From: Verrucomicrobiaceae bacterium
GTDB lineage: Bacteria; Verrucomicrobiota; Verrucomicrobiia; Verrucomicrobiales; Akkermansiaceae
DNA length: 64,000 nucleotides
NCBI GenBank assembly: GCA_051252135.1
Contig: JBPOGH010000008.1
Location: 32,001-96,000 of the forward strand
Direction: 5' to 3'
In this document: positions 38,636 through 47,379 of the stretch, piece by piece
Numbering within the stretch: position 1 is the stretch's first letter
Layout of the letters: each line of letters starts with the position of its first letter
Position numbers and translations under genes: made by a program
The notes under the pieces: model-generated
What the model saw: only the letters and a program-made list of their open reading frames with translations
Told to the model about the DNA's origin: nothing
The model's database searches: none

Positions 38636-39349
38636 CTACTTCGGAACCACGTCCCGCAAGATCTTCATCTTCATCCGCCCATCCCGCCCCTCATAAACGA
38701 AAACGTTAACGCGCTGACCCGCAGCAGGTTCTTGAATCTGATTCTGAAACATGTGTTGGTATTTTCCGCCGGGATTTTTAAAAGCCACACCCAGCTGAAT
38801 ATTCGCCCCCATAAGCTCACTAACTTTCGTCTTTCCAGGAGAGACCCCAAACGCCTGATTCCCGCCCAATCGATATGCGACCTTCCTCCCACTAGCATTA
38901 AAAACCCGCACATGCCCCGCTGGACACCCCTTTGCACTTCGATCCAGCAAAAAGACATTCACTCTATCCCAAGTCAATTTCTGCCCTCCCGGATCTTCAA
39001 TCATCACCATCAACCACTCTCCCTCTGGCGGACGTTTCACCTTCTGCCAAAGCAGACCAGCAAGGTTTTTCCCTCGCCGGAATTCAGCCTCCCCTTCTCC
39101 AACCGGAATCGCAACCGGCTTGGAAAACTGATTCAAGTCCAACGCAATTTCCTCAACCTTCCCTCCTTGCCCCAAAACCGAAACCACCGGAGGTAAATCC
39201 GACTTCGCCAACGGACCCATCCCCTTATTGAGCGGAGCCGCCGGTAGATCACCAAGCGGAATCACCATCACTTCCGAACAAACTTGTCCCAAAGCCCCTA
39301 AAACCAACCCCAAGAATGACACCACCCAAACACGCAACAACCTCATCAC
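38636..39349 (-). CDS. Hypothetical secreted protein
   Basis: Signal peptide; beta-rich body (VRVFNAS). Confidence 0.7.
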   Translation of the reverse strand: MMRLLRVWVVSFLGLVLGALGQVCSEVMVIPLGDLPAAPLNKGMGPLAKSDLPPVVSVLGQGGKVEEIALDLNQFSKPVAIPVGEGEAEFRRGKNLAGLLWQKVKRPPEGEWLMVMIEDPGGQKLTWDRVNVFLLDRSAKGCPAGHVRVFNASGRKVAYRLGGNQAFGVSPGKTKVSELMGANIQLGVAFKNPGGKYQHMFQNQIQEPAAGQRVNVFVYEGRDGRMKMKILRDVVPK

Positions 39350-39384
39350 CCCAAACTACCACTTCCACCCATCACTCCACAAGC

Positions 39385-41703
39385 CTACTTCCGAAACACC
39401 GCCCCCTCCAAATCCCCCCGCCACCCCGACCACGACAATCTCATCTCTCCCTCACCCCTTCCATACGCCCCCTGTAAAAACCGCCCGCAACGCGTCACCT
39501 GAAAACGGCACTTCCCTCCCTTCCCCACCTCAAGCCAAACCCCCTCGAATCCCTCCCCTACTTTCAGCAAATCACAGCGTCCTTTCGCATAAACCCCCAC
39601 CCAACCGTCCCCCTCCTTCGTAACCTCCAGCCGCCCAAACCGCGTCTCCCAAACACCCTCAATCTCCCCCCGCTCCTCACTCCCCCCAAACCGCAATTCC
39701 GCCAACGGAATCTCCAACCCAATCCGCACCTCACCCCACTGATCAATCGCCCGCGTCTTCAGCATTCCCGCCTCCCAATCAATCTCCATCATCCACGCAT
39801 TCGCCTGCGTATATCCTTCCCCGATCCGGTTCGGATTCTCCCCCAACGGGTCCCACTTCTGATTCAGACTACTCGAGGTCAAATCATACAAAGGATACAT
39901 CCCCGGCCGCTCCACCAAACTCACCTCGGCCCAATGCGTGTCACCCGAAAACAACACCACCCCCTCCGCCCTCGTCGTTTCTAACAGTTGGAAAAATCGC
40001 TCCCGCTCCCTCGGCATATTCGCCCACGCCTCATATCCATTGTGCGCCGTCCCCAACTGCGTCGACAACCCAATCAAGCGCACCTCCGCCGGCTTCCGCA
40101 ATTCCTCCTCCAGCCACTGCCACTGCACCTCGCCCAGCATCACCTGCTCCTCATCCTCCCGCAGCGGTCGATACCTTCCCAACTCCGGGTAAGCCTTCTT
40201 CCTCGCCTTCGCCAGTGGCGACCGAAACGTCCGCAAGTCCAACATCACCACCTGCACCCGACGATCCCCCGTGCCCAAGATCGTCGAAGTATAAATCCCC
40301 TCCCGACTCCGCCGCACACTCCCCGCCGGTTCATCAAAGAAGTCCAAAAATATCTCCTTCGATGCCTCCCTCGGCTTGTAGTTCACCCCCGAATCATCCG
40401 CCCCGTAATCGTGGTCATCCCACGTCCCCATCACCCGCGCCACCTCCGTCAACGCCTGCCAACCCGGCTGCCGCGCCAACCGGCGATACTTCCGCCGCAA
40501 CACTCCCATATCTTGCGTGTCTCCATAAATGTTGTCCCCCAAGGCCAAATAAAGCTCCGGCTTTTCCGCCGCCAACCGATCCAACATCGGACACGGCTGC
40601 GACTCCCGATAACACGACCCCCACGCAATCCGTGTCGGCGCAAACCCCCGCTCCACCTCCGCCGGAGCCCCGTGATCAATCCCCGGCGATGCCGCCGCCG
40701 GCTCCGGTACAAACGCCCCAGCCGTCCCACTCTCCGTCTCCACCCACTCCAACTCAATCAAGACCGCCGCATGGTCACTCGGAAACACCACCGACTCCCT
40801 CGGCCCCTTCGCATCCGCCGGATTCTCCGGCAACACCGTCGTCTTCACCGGCTGCAATCCCCAACGCCCCAGCGCATTCTTCACATAGAGCCGATCAATC
40901 CGCTCCCCCGGATCCCCCCTCCCATCCTCCCGCTTCTCCCCCCGCGGACTCCACGTATTCCCCGGCACCTTCACCGGATCCGGATGCACCACCCGAAAGG
41001 CATCCGCAAACCCGGCCGACTCCATCAGCCGGCTGATCGGCAACGCCAACTCCCGCCGATGCGGAAACACCGCCGCCGTCTCCTTCGTCCAATCCCGATG
41101 CGACGACGAATTCCAATCCCCACCCACCAACACCGGCACCGGCGCATCCAACAACCCTCGCCCGTCCAAATGATCCAACAAGCCCTGCGCCTCCGCAAAC
41201 CTTCCCGACTTCTCCGTATCACACGCCACCAACTCATCATCGGTCGCTCCCGGCTGATCCACCGCCAACCACTGAACCGGTGCTTTCCAATCCAGCCAAA
41301 TGCTCCACGCCACAAACTCCCGCCCCTTCTCATCCCGCAACCTCACCCCCAGCCCATGCCACGGATGATGAAAGTCACGCTCGACCTCCTCAAACCGACT
41401 CGCCACCGCCAAATGCGGACTCTCCCCCTGCCAAATCGACCACCCCATTTCCTCCGCCACCCAAGCCCCCAGCGTCTTCCCCGCCCCCTCCAGCTCATAA
41501 CTCTCCTGCCACAACAACACATCCGCCCCACTCTCCCGTATCACCTTCAGAACCCGCTCCCGCCCCGTCTCCCCATAAGGATTCGACCCCCGCTCCGTAT
41601 TCCAAACCAACACCCGCACCCCCTCATCCCCAAACACCTGCCCACCCAAAATTACACACACCCAAAAAAGAAAACACCTCACCATAAAATCACATACGCC
41701 CAT
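39385..41703 (-). CDS. EEP-domain / PhoD-like phosphatase fusion with small C-terminal beta domain
   Basis: EEP: WNTE, WQES, GGDWN, RID, PSDHAAV; PhoD-like: GSC, LGDNIYGD, WDDHDYG, LDLRTFR, SGDTH. Confidence 0.88.
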   Translation of the reverse strand: MGVCDFMVRCFLFWVCVILGGQVFGDEGVRVLVWNTERGSNPYGETGRERVLKVIRESGADVLLWQESYELEGAGKTLGAWVAEEMGWSIWQGESPHLAVASRFEEVERDFHHPWHGLGVRLRDEKGREFVAWSIWLDWKAPVQWLAVDQPGATDDELVACDTEKSGRFAEAQGLLDHLDGRGLLDAPVPVLVGGDWNSSSHRDWTKETAAVFPHRRELALPISRLMESAGFADAFRVVHPDPVKVPGNTWSPRGEKREDGRGDPGERIDRLYVKNALGRWGLQPVKTTVLPENPADAKGPRESVVFPSDHAAVLIELEWVETESGTAGAFVPEPAAASPGIDHGAPAEVERGFAPTRIAWGSCYRESQPCPMLDRLAAEKPELYLALGDNIYGDTQDMGVLRRKYRRLARQPGWQALTEVARVMGTWDDHDYGADDSGVNYKPREASKEIFLDFFDEPAGSVRRSREGIYTSTILGTGDRRVQVVMLDLRTFRSPLAKARKKAYPELGRYRPLREDEEQVMLGEVQWQWLEEELRKPAEVRLIGLSTQLGTAHNGYEAWANMPRERERFFQLLETTRAEGVVLFSGDTHWAEVSLVERPGMYPLYDLTSSSLNQKWDPLGENPNRIGEGYTQANAWMMEIDWEAGMLKTRAIDQWGEVRIGLEIPLAELRFGGSEERGEIEGVWETRFGRLEVTKEGDGWVGVYAKGRCDLLKVGEGFEGVWLEVGKGGKCRFQVTRCGRFLQGAYGRGEGEMRLSWSGWRGDLEGAVFRK

Positions 41704-41728
41704 CCCTCCATCAAACTTCCATCTCCAT

Positions 41729-42118
41729 TTATGGCTTAATCAACTCCACAAAACTCCGCGCCCGCGCCGCCGGCTCATAAAACCCCTCCTCATTCTTCCT
41801 CAACCACGCCGGACAAAGCTCCCCCTTCTTCAACTCCGGAATCGGCGCCGGCCCCGGCCCTTTCAAAAACACCCGCCGATACCGGATCTCAATCTCATCC
41901 CCCACCTTCAGCTTCGTCGCCGACTTGCTCACCGCCGTCACCTTCGCCCTCACCATCTCCAGCTTCCGGAAAAAATTCTGATGCTTCACCTCCACCACCT
42001 TGATCGAAATCTTCTCCGGCGCCCCCACCTGCAACCCCCGATAAGACCTCGGCGACAACTCCCCCATCAACGGAGAGACCAGAGCCATCGCTATCACCAA
42101 CCTGATTCCAATATTCAT
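41729..42118 (-). CDS. Hypothetical secreted basic protein
   Basis: Signal peptide; backbone codon usage. Confidence 0.7.
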   Translation of the reverse strand: MNIGIRLVIAMALVSPLMGELSPRSYRGLQVGAPEKISIKVVEVKHQNFFRKLEMVRAKVTAVSKSATKLKVGDEIEIRYRRVFLKGPGPAPIPELKKGELCPAWLRKNEEGFYEPAARARSFVELIKP

Positions 42119-42187
42119 CGCCCTAATCCTAGACGCAGAGCATCACGGGAAGCCATCTCATAAAGCTGAAATGGCTCCCCGGAAGAC

Positions 42188-43369
42188 CTACTCCCTTTGC
42201 CCCGGACGAATCACCCAGGCCGCACCCACTCCCAGCGCAAGGCAACACAGCCACACCCCATCCGGCCATACCGAAAAGAGAGCCATCCCCAGAGCCGGAC
42301 CCACCATCGTCGCCCCATTCCAGGCGATCCCCAGCACCCCCATGAAACGGCCCCGCATCTCCTCCGGCGCCAGCCCCGCGATGTAGCTGTGCGCAATCGG
42401 CAGCGAGATCATCTCCCCAATCGTCAACACCACCATCGCGAACACCAGAACCCCGAGATTCGCACCCATCAGATTGAACCCCATTCCAATCCCCACCAGA
42501 GCATACCCCAGACTCATCACCCGAATCGGGAGATGCTTTCTCGTCCACGAGGTCAACGGCAGTTCCAACAAAACAACCATGATTCCGTTCAGCGCCATCA
42601 GCCAGCCAAACACCGACTCATCAAAGCCGCCACCCAGCGTCACCTGAAGACCCCACGTGCTGCTCAACTGCCAAAAGACCACCGCGATCATAAATGACGC
42701 CGTGATCGCACGCAGGTACGCCGGATTCCGCCGCATCTCCCGCAGTGCCGGAGCCCAGCTCGAATCCACCTTCGATACCTTTCGTACTTCGGGCACCCCA
42801 AAAAGAATGATGATTCCCAAAACACTCGTCGTCAGCGCATCCACCACAAACAACAGGTAGAATGACTTCTCCGCCATCAACCCCGCAACCGCCATCCCCA
42901 CCGCGAACCCCAGGTTCACCGCAAGACGCTGGCACCCAAACGCACGCACCCGCAATTCCCCGGGAACCAGGTCTGCCAACAACGCACTCGCCGCCGGGAA
43001 ATACATCGCACTGAACATCCCCACCGCACTCGACACCACCACAATCGCCCAGGGACCGACCGCCTGCGAGAGCAGCATCATGCACAACGCCCCACCCGCA
43101 CACGACACAATGATCGTCGGCTTCCGCCCCCACCGGTCCGCGCAGTATCCTCCAAGGAATCCCGCAATAAGACCACCTCCTCCATACGCCCCCAGCGCAA
43201 TCGCCGTCACCCACGGCGCATACCCTTCACGCTGAAGATACAGCGCTAAAAAGGGCATCACAAAGTGACCAAAGCGATTGATCAGCGTCCCGCTAAAAAG
43301 AACCCAATAGGGTCCCGGCAGGGCTCTCAGATCATTCCAAAGGCAATTCTGTTTCGCGTGCTTGTTCAT
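42188..43369 (-). CDS. MFS transporter (drug:H+ antiporter-like)
   Basis: About 12 TM; motif A GYCADRWGRK; APEEMRGRFMG. Confidence 0.93.
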   Translation of the reverse strand: MNKHAKQNCLWNDLRALPGPYWVLFSGTLINRFGHFVMPFLALYLQREGYAPWVTAIALGAYGGGGLIAGFLGGYCADRWGRKPTIIVSCAGGALCMMLLSQAVGPWAIVVVSSAVGMFSAMYFPAASALLADLVPGELRVRAFGCQRLAVNLGFAVGMAVAGLMAEKSFYLLFVVDALTTSVLGIIILFGVPEVRKVSKVDSSWAPALREMRRNPAYLRAITASFMIAVVFWQLSSTWGLQVTLGGGFDESVFGWLMALNGIMVVLLELPLTSWTRKHLPIRVMSLGYALVGIGMGFNLMGANLGVLVFAMVVLTIGEMISLPIAHSYIAGLAPEEMRGRFMGVLGIAWNGATMVGPALGMALFSVWPDGVWLCCLALGVGAAWVIRPGQRE

Positions 43370-43380
43370 CTCATGTGCAA

Positions 43381-43413
43381 AGAAAAACCCCGCTCACTCA
43401 AGGTGGGCGGGGT
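43381..43413 (-). terminator. Intrinsic terminator in the MFS 5' leader (attenuator)
   Basis: Minus strand ACCCCGCCCAC-CTTGA-GTGAGCGGGGT-TTTTCT, ending ~11 nt before the MFS ATG. Confidence 0.85.
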
Positions 43414-43456
43414 CCGTATTCCGAAAAAAGTCTCTTCTCTAAATTAACTCATCTTT

Positions 43457-43510
43457 CTAAAAATCGTTCCCGCCCGGAGTGGTATAAAGTCGGGTCTTCC
43501 AGTCCGTCAT
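43457..43510 (-). CDS. Putative leader peptide MTDWKTRLYTTPGGNDF
   Basis: 17-codon ORF whose 3' part GGGCGGG is complementary to the terminator 5' arm CCCGCCC. Confidence 0.55.
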   Translation of the reverse strand: MTDWKTRLYTTPGGNDF

Positions 43511-43670
43511 GGTGAGACCATGAAACACGACTACCGCACAACCGGAGAATTTCTCGGCAGAGAAACCCGGATGGGGGATGGTAGCAGCGGAACGTTGATT
43601 CATCGAAGGAGTTGAGGGCCTAACAGATTTTTCTTCCTCTGCCAAGGGAATGTCTCCGGAGAGTTCCTCC

Positions 43671-44582
43671 CTACCCCTGCCAGGCATCACTCACCAGCAC
43701 CTTCACCAACTGCTCCGCCGGCTTCGTCAACTTCGTCCCCTTCTTCTTCAACAAATACACCTTCCGCTTCGGCGATGGCTTCGCAAACGAGCGCACCACC
43801 ACCTGCTCCGGCATCCGGCCCCGCAGCGCCAACTTCGGCACCACCGCCATCCCCAGATTTGCCGCCACCATCGCCAGCGCCGTCTCTAGCTGATCACACT
43901 GCAAGCCCAGCTCAACCTGGCTCAACCGACATGCCTGCAGCGTCTGATCCCGCAGACAATGCCCGTCCGACAAATGAATCATCTCCGCCCCCTGCAAATC
44001 CCCTGGCTCCGGATCCACCTCCCGATGCGCCCACTCATGCCGCACCGGCATCGCCAGAAGAAGCGGCTCCTCAAAAAGCAATCTCGTCTGCAATCCATAC
44101 CTCTTCTGATCATCCGCCAACACATCACTCAGAATCGCAAACTCCATCTCCCCCTCCCCGATCTTGCGAATCAACTCCGGCGTCCGGTTCTCACTCACCT
44201 CAATCTCCACCCCCGGATGCTGCGACCGAAATTCCCCCAACAAAAGGGGCAACAAATACGGCGCCAAAGTCGGAATCATCCCAAAATTCACCTTCCCGCT
44301 CCGCATCTCGCTCCGTGATTCAAACTGCTCCCTCAATAGGCTCTCCTCCGCCAAAAGCCGCTCCGCATGATGCAGCAGCAACCGCCCCGCCCCCGTCGGC
44401 ACCACCCCCCGCCTCCCCCGTGTCAGCAACTGCTCACCCAACCGTGACTCCAGCTCCTGAATCGCCAAACTCATCGCTGGCTGACTCACCCCGCACCGCT
44501 TTGCCGCCCCACTCATCGTCCCCCTTTCCACCGCCTCCATAAAATAGCGCAACTGCTTCAAATCCACGAAATTCAAATTCAT
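43671..44582 (-). CDS. LysR family regulator, OxyR-like
   Basis: LysR HTH (AAKRCGVSQPAMS), IPTLAPYLLP, redox motif DGHCLRDQTLQAC with both OxyR-type Cys. Confidence 0.88.
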   Translation of the reverse strand: MNLNFVDLKQLRYFMEAVERGTMSGAAKRCGVSQPAMSLAIQELESRLGEQLLTRGRRGVVPTGAGRLLLHHAERLLAEESLLREQFESRSEMRSGKVNFGMIPTLAPYLLPLLLGEFRSQHPGVEIEVSENRTPELIRKIGEGEMEFAILSDVLADDQKRYGLQTRLLFEEPLLLAMPVRHEWAHREVDPEPGDLQGAEMIHLSDGHCLRDQTLQACRLSQVELGLQCDQLETALAMVAANLGMAVVPKLALRGRMPEQVVVRSFAKPSPKRKVYLLKKKGTKLTKPAEQLVKVLVSDAWQG

Positions 44583-44728
44583 CCCCCAAAATATGCTCTC
44601 TGTCGTGCCATAAGTCACGGTTATTCTAAGGGCTCTGTCATCACCCTACGACATGCCTGACAACCCCATCCCCACTCCCTCCTCTCTTCTTTTGACTACG
44701 CCACCGAACTGCGGCAACGTCACCCCCC

Positions 44729-45478
44729 ATGCTCGTTCCCATCCTCTCCTGGCTCACCCTCGCCATCGCAGTCGCCCTCTGCACCTGGTTCTTCACCATT
44801 CGCGGCCGTGGCTCCCTCCGCTACTGGATTCGGACCTACCACTCGGAGCCCCTCTGGGTCGTCGGACAAACCATTCCCTCCTCCGACGCAGCCGCCCACA
44901 CCCCCCAGATCCTTACCGATACCAACGCCGTCATCCGCTCACTCGACCGCCGGACCAACAAGGTCTATCGAAAATGGGATCACCAAAACGGCACCCTCTT
45001 CCTCGGCCTCGTCCTCAACAAACTTCCCGATTGCGAAGTTCCCCACGATTACCAACTCGTCGAAATCAAACCCCATTCCGTTGTCCGCCTCTCAGGCAGC
45101 AACCGGCTCGATGAAGAAAAACACCTCGACGCCCTCCGCCGCTTCGCCGACCGCAACAGCCTCTCCCTCGACCTCGCAAACCCCGTCCAACTCTCCGGCC
45201 AATCCTTCGCCCTCTTCCAATGGGACATCACCTCGGATTCTGACATCCCCGCCCCCTCACCTCTCGCCCAAGCCATCGAGCGCACCTACCAACTCCGGAA
45301 CAACCTCGTCATCCCGCTCCTCGCCACCCTCCTCGCCCTCGCTCTCATCGGCACCGGCCAATTCCTCCTCTTCGCCGCAGGCATCGGCCTCATCACCTTC
45401 CTCTCAGGTGCCTGCAAATTCATCTTCATGCACCAGATGACCGACGAGGCCGACGAGATCCACCTCCAGAATTACTAG
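44729..45478 (+). CDS. Hypothetical membrane protein
   Basis: N-terminal TM and two C-terminal TM; backbone codon usage. Confidence 0.75.
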   Translation: MLVPILSWLTLAIAVALCTWFFTIRGRGSLRYWIRTYHSEPLWVVGQTIPSSDAAAHTPQILTDTNAVIRSLDRRTNKVYRKWDHQNGTLFLGLVLNKLPDCEVPHDYQLVEIKPHSVVRLSGSNRLDEEKHLDALRRFADRNSLSLDLANPVQLSGQSFALFQWDITSDSDIPAPSPLAQAIERTYQLRNNLVIPLLATLLALALIGTGQFLLFAAGIGLITFLSGACKFIFMHQMTDEADEIHLQNY

Positions 45479-45752
45479 GGAAGCGCTGATGAAAGAGGGA
45501 GTTCGCTGCTGCAAGTCATTTTGGAATCTGGCAAGGCGCGAAGGGCGACGCTGATGATCAGCGGCTCCCTGAGCAACGCCGCCAGACTCCAAAAGGGCTG
45601 CAGCTCCTGTCACCTCGGAAGCGAAGCTTCCCTGGCTAAAAAATCCCTTAAACCTTTCAGCGTGCTTCATCTTGAAGCAGTGTTTCCCTAGGGAAGCGCT
45701 GATGAAAGAAGGAGTTCGCTGCTGCAAGTCATCTTGAAGCAGGGTTTCCCTA
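45476..45752. mobile_element. Two tandem MITE-like elements (45476-45690; internally deleted copy 45689-45752)
   Basis: Both start TAGGGAAGCGCTGATGAAAGA.GGAGTTCGCTGCTGCAAGTCAT and end CAGkGTTTCCCTA; shared TA junction; long internal hairpin in copy 1. Confidence 0.75.
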
Positions 45753-45762
45753 ACCCTCGGAC

Positions 45763-46221
45763 CTACCCCAGCTTCCCCTTCGAAAAGGCCCAAAAGGTGT
45801 AGATCGAAAGAGCCGTTCCAAGGGGCAACGCCAGCACGTTTAAGACCGCTGTCACAATCGCAAACCCCTTTCCCCAGGACTTGCCCTTAAGCAACCCCCA
45901 GCCCGCCAGGATAAATGGTAGGGCAATGAACCCCAGAAGGAAAAACAGTCCCACTCCCACCGCACCCAGTACCGCCACCGGAGAAGGCTCACCCGGAGGA
46001 GCCTCCGCTCCGGTCGCACCCACGATCCCCATCGCAACAAAGACCGCCGGCACCGCAATCATGATCAGCGCCGCAAAAACCAGGTTCGCCGCACCAATCA
46101 CCGTGCAATGCACATCACGCGTCTTCCTGGATTCGGTGAGCACACCCCGGATCGTATCAATGTCGGACTGCATCTGATCCGGGTTCATGCTTGGCGGATT
46201 ATTGGGTGTATTGTCGTTCAT
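45763..46221 (-). CDS. Hypothetical membrane protein
   Basis: 3-4 TM; AGWGLLKGKSWG..LPLGTALSIYTFW. Confidence 0.8.
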   Translation of the reverse strand: MNDNTPNNPPSMNPDQMQSDIDTIRGVLTESRKTRDVHCTVIGAANLVFAALIMIAVPAVFVAMGIVGATGAEAPPGEPSPVAVLGAVGVGLFFLLGFIALPFILAGWGLLKGKSWGKGFAIVTAVLNVLALPLGTALSIYTFWAFSKGKLG

Positions 46222-46237
46222 CTTTTGTCTTGCTTGT

Positions 46238-46570
46238 TTAATGATCGGACTTTCGTCCTTTTCTCATGGAATCGAGAAGCGTCTGCATCGTCTCCAAATA
46301 GTTCAAAAGCGCTTTCCGCCCCCGCGAAGTAATCCGGTAGGTCGAACGCGGCCGCCGCCCCACAAACTCCTTCTTGCACCCAATGTAATTGATGTTCTCC
46401 AGCTTCTGCAGATGGGCCCCGATCGCCCCATCCACGATTCCAAGACGCTTCTTCAACGTCGTGAAATCCAAATCCCCATCAGCCTGCAATGCCGTCAACA
46501 CCCCCAGCCGAACCGGACCGTGAACGGCCGAATCAATGTTCGAAAAATTGATGGGTGGTAACTTGCTCAT
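46238..46570 (-). CDS. Winged-helix (ArsR/MarR-like) regulator
   Basis: VHGPVRLGVL, DFTTLK, DGAIGAHLQKLE, GRRPRSTYRIT..G. Confidence 0.9.
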   Translation of the reverse strand: MSKLPPINFSNIDSAVHGPVRLGVLTALQADGDLDFTTLKKRLGIVDGAIGAHLQKLENINYIGCKKEFVGRRPRSTYRITSRGRKALLNYLETMQTLLDSMRKGRKSDH

Positions 46571-46581
46571 TCCAAATTCTG

Positions 46582-46606
46582 ATACACTCTATATTTTAGA
46601 GTATAT
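46582..46606. promoter_or_regulatory. Palindromic operator upstream of the regulator
   Basis: ATAC-ACTCTA-TATTT-TAGAGT-ATAT; minus-strand TTGACT just upstream. Confidence 0.65.
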
Positions 46607-46643
46607 TTCAGTCAAGAGCATTTTCGCGCCGAATCCGGACACG

Positions 46644-46675
46644 AAAAAACCGGGGCCGACAAACAGCACCCGGTT
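46644..46675 (-). terminator. Intrinsic terminator after the PLD gene
   Basis: Minus strand AACCGGG..CCCGGTT followed by T-run. Confidence 0.7.
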
Positions 46676-46698
46676 CAGAAAATCATCCAAAAAGTCAA

Positions 46699-47370
46699 CT
46701 ACCCCAATCGCTCCCACATCTCCTCAAACTTCTTCGCAAAGGACCTCACCAACTTTGGATTGTTCGTCACAATCACATTTTCATCATTCTCCGTCGCTGC
46801 CGATCTCGTCCAATTGTAACTCCCTGTCAGAAGCAAATCATCATCGGCCACCGCAAACTTATGATGCATGTGCGCATCCGTGACATCATAAACACACTCG
46901 ATCCCAAGCCGGTCCAACCTCTCCACATCCGATCCCAAATCCTCCGACTTATCATTATCGGAAATCAACCGAATCCTCACCTTCCGGGCGTGCGCTTCGG
47001 CCAGCCTCTCCACAATCCGGTTGTCCGTGATCGTGAACACACAAATGTCCAACGTCCGCTGCGCCTCCCCAATCAACCGCCGGATCCGATGCAGACAATC
47101 ATCCCCCGGACTGAAGTAAGCCGCCGCCTTCACCTCGTTCTCACTCGCATAAAGTAGCTTCATCACCCCCTGCAGCCAATCCATCGCACACACCTGCCCC
47201 ACCTCCTCCATCGTTCCACTCGCAATCTTAAAGGCCAACTGCCGCGCCTTCGCCTGGCCCGTCCGATCCCCCGCAATATCCGCAAGGGCCCCCTTCAACT
47301 CCTTCTTCTCCGCTCTCGTCAACGCATAATCCTCAATCGACTCGCGCAATATCTTCTCTACCTCATCCAT
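46699..47370 (-). CDS. Phospholipase D superfamily protein (single HKD, Nuc-like)
   Basis: YFSPG, MHHKFAVADD, TGSYNWT..NDEN. Confidence 0.9.
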   Translation of the reverse strand: MDEVEKILRESIEDYALTRAEKKELKGALADIAGDRTGQAKARQLAFKIASGTMEEVGQVCAMDWLQGVMKLLYASENEVKAAAYFSPGDDCLHRIRRLIGEAQRTLDICVFTITDNRIVERLAEAHARKVRIRLISDNDKSEDLGSDVERLDRLGIECVYDVTDAHMHHKFAVADDDLLLTGSYNWTRSAATENDENVIVTNNPKLVRSFAKKFEEMWERLG

Positions 47371-47379
47371 CGAAATCTT

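Noticed and set aside
39988..41739. 583 aa plus-strand ORF and many similar long Pro/Arg/His/Ser-rich ORFs (e.g. 10276-11439, 35469-36521, 37557-38696, 3526-4485)
   Set aside because: Shadow or alternate frames of well-supported genes; the C-rich skew suppresses stop codons; low-complexity products without motifs
45404..45793. 129 aa minus-strand ORF
   Set aside because: Reads through the MITE pair (repeated DLQQRTPSFISASL); no transposase motifs
46699..47370. PLD protein as an anti-phage defence nuclease
   Set aside because: Stand-alone, backbone composition, no helicase, methylase or other defence genes nearby
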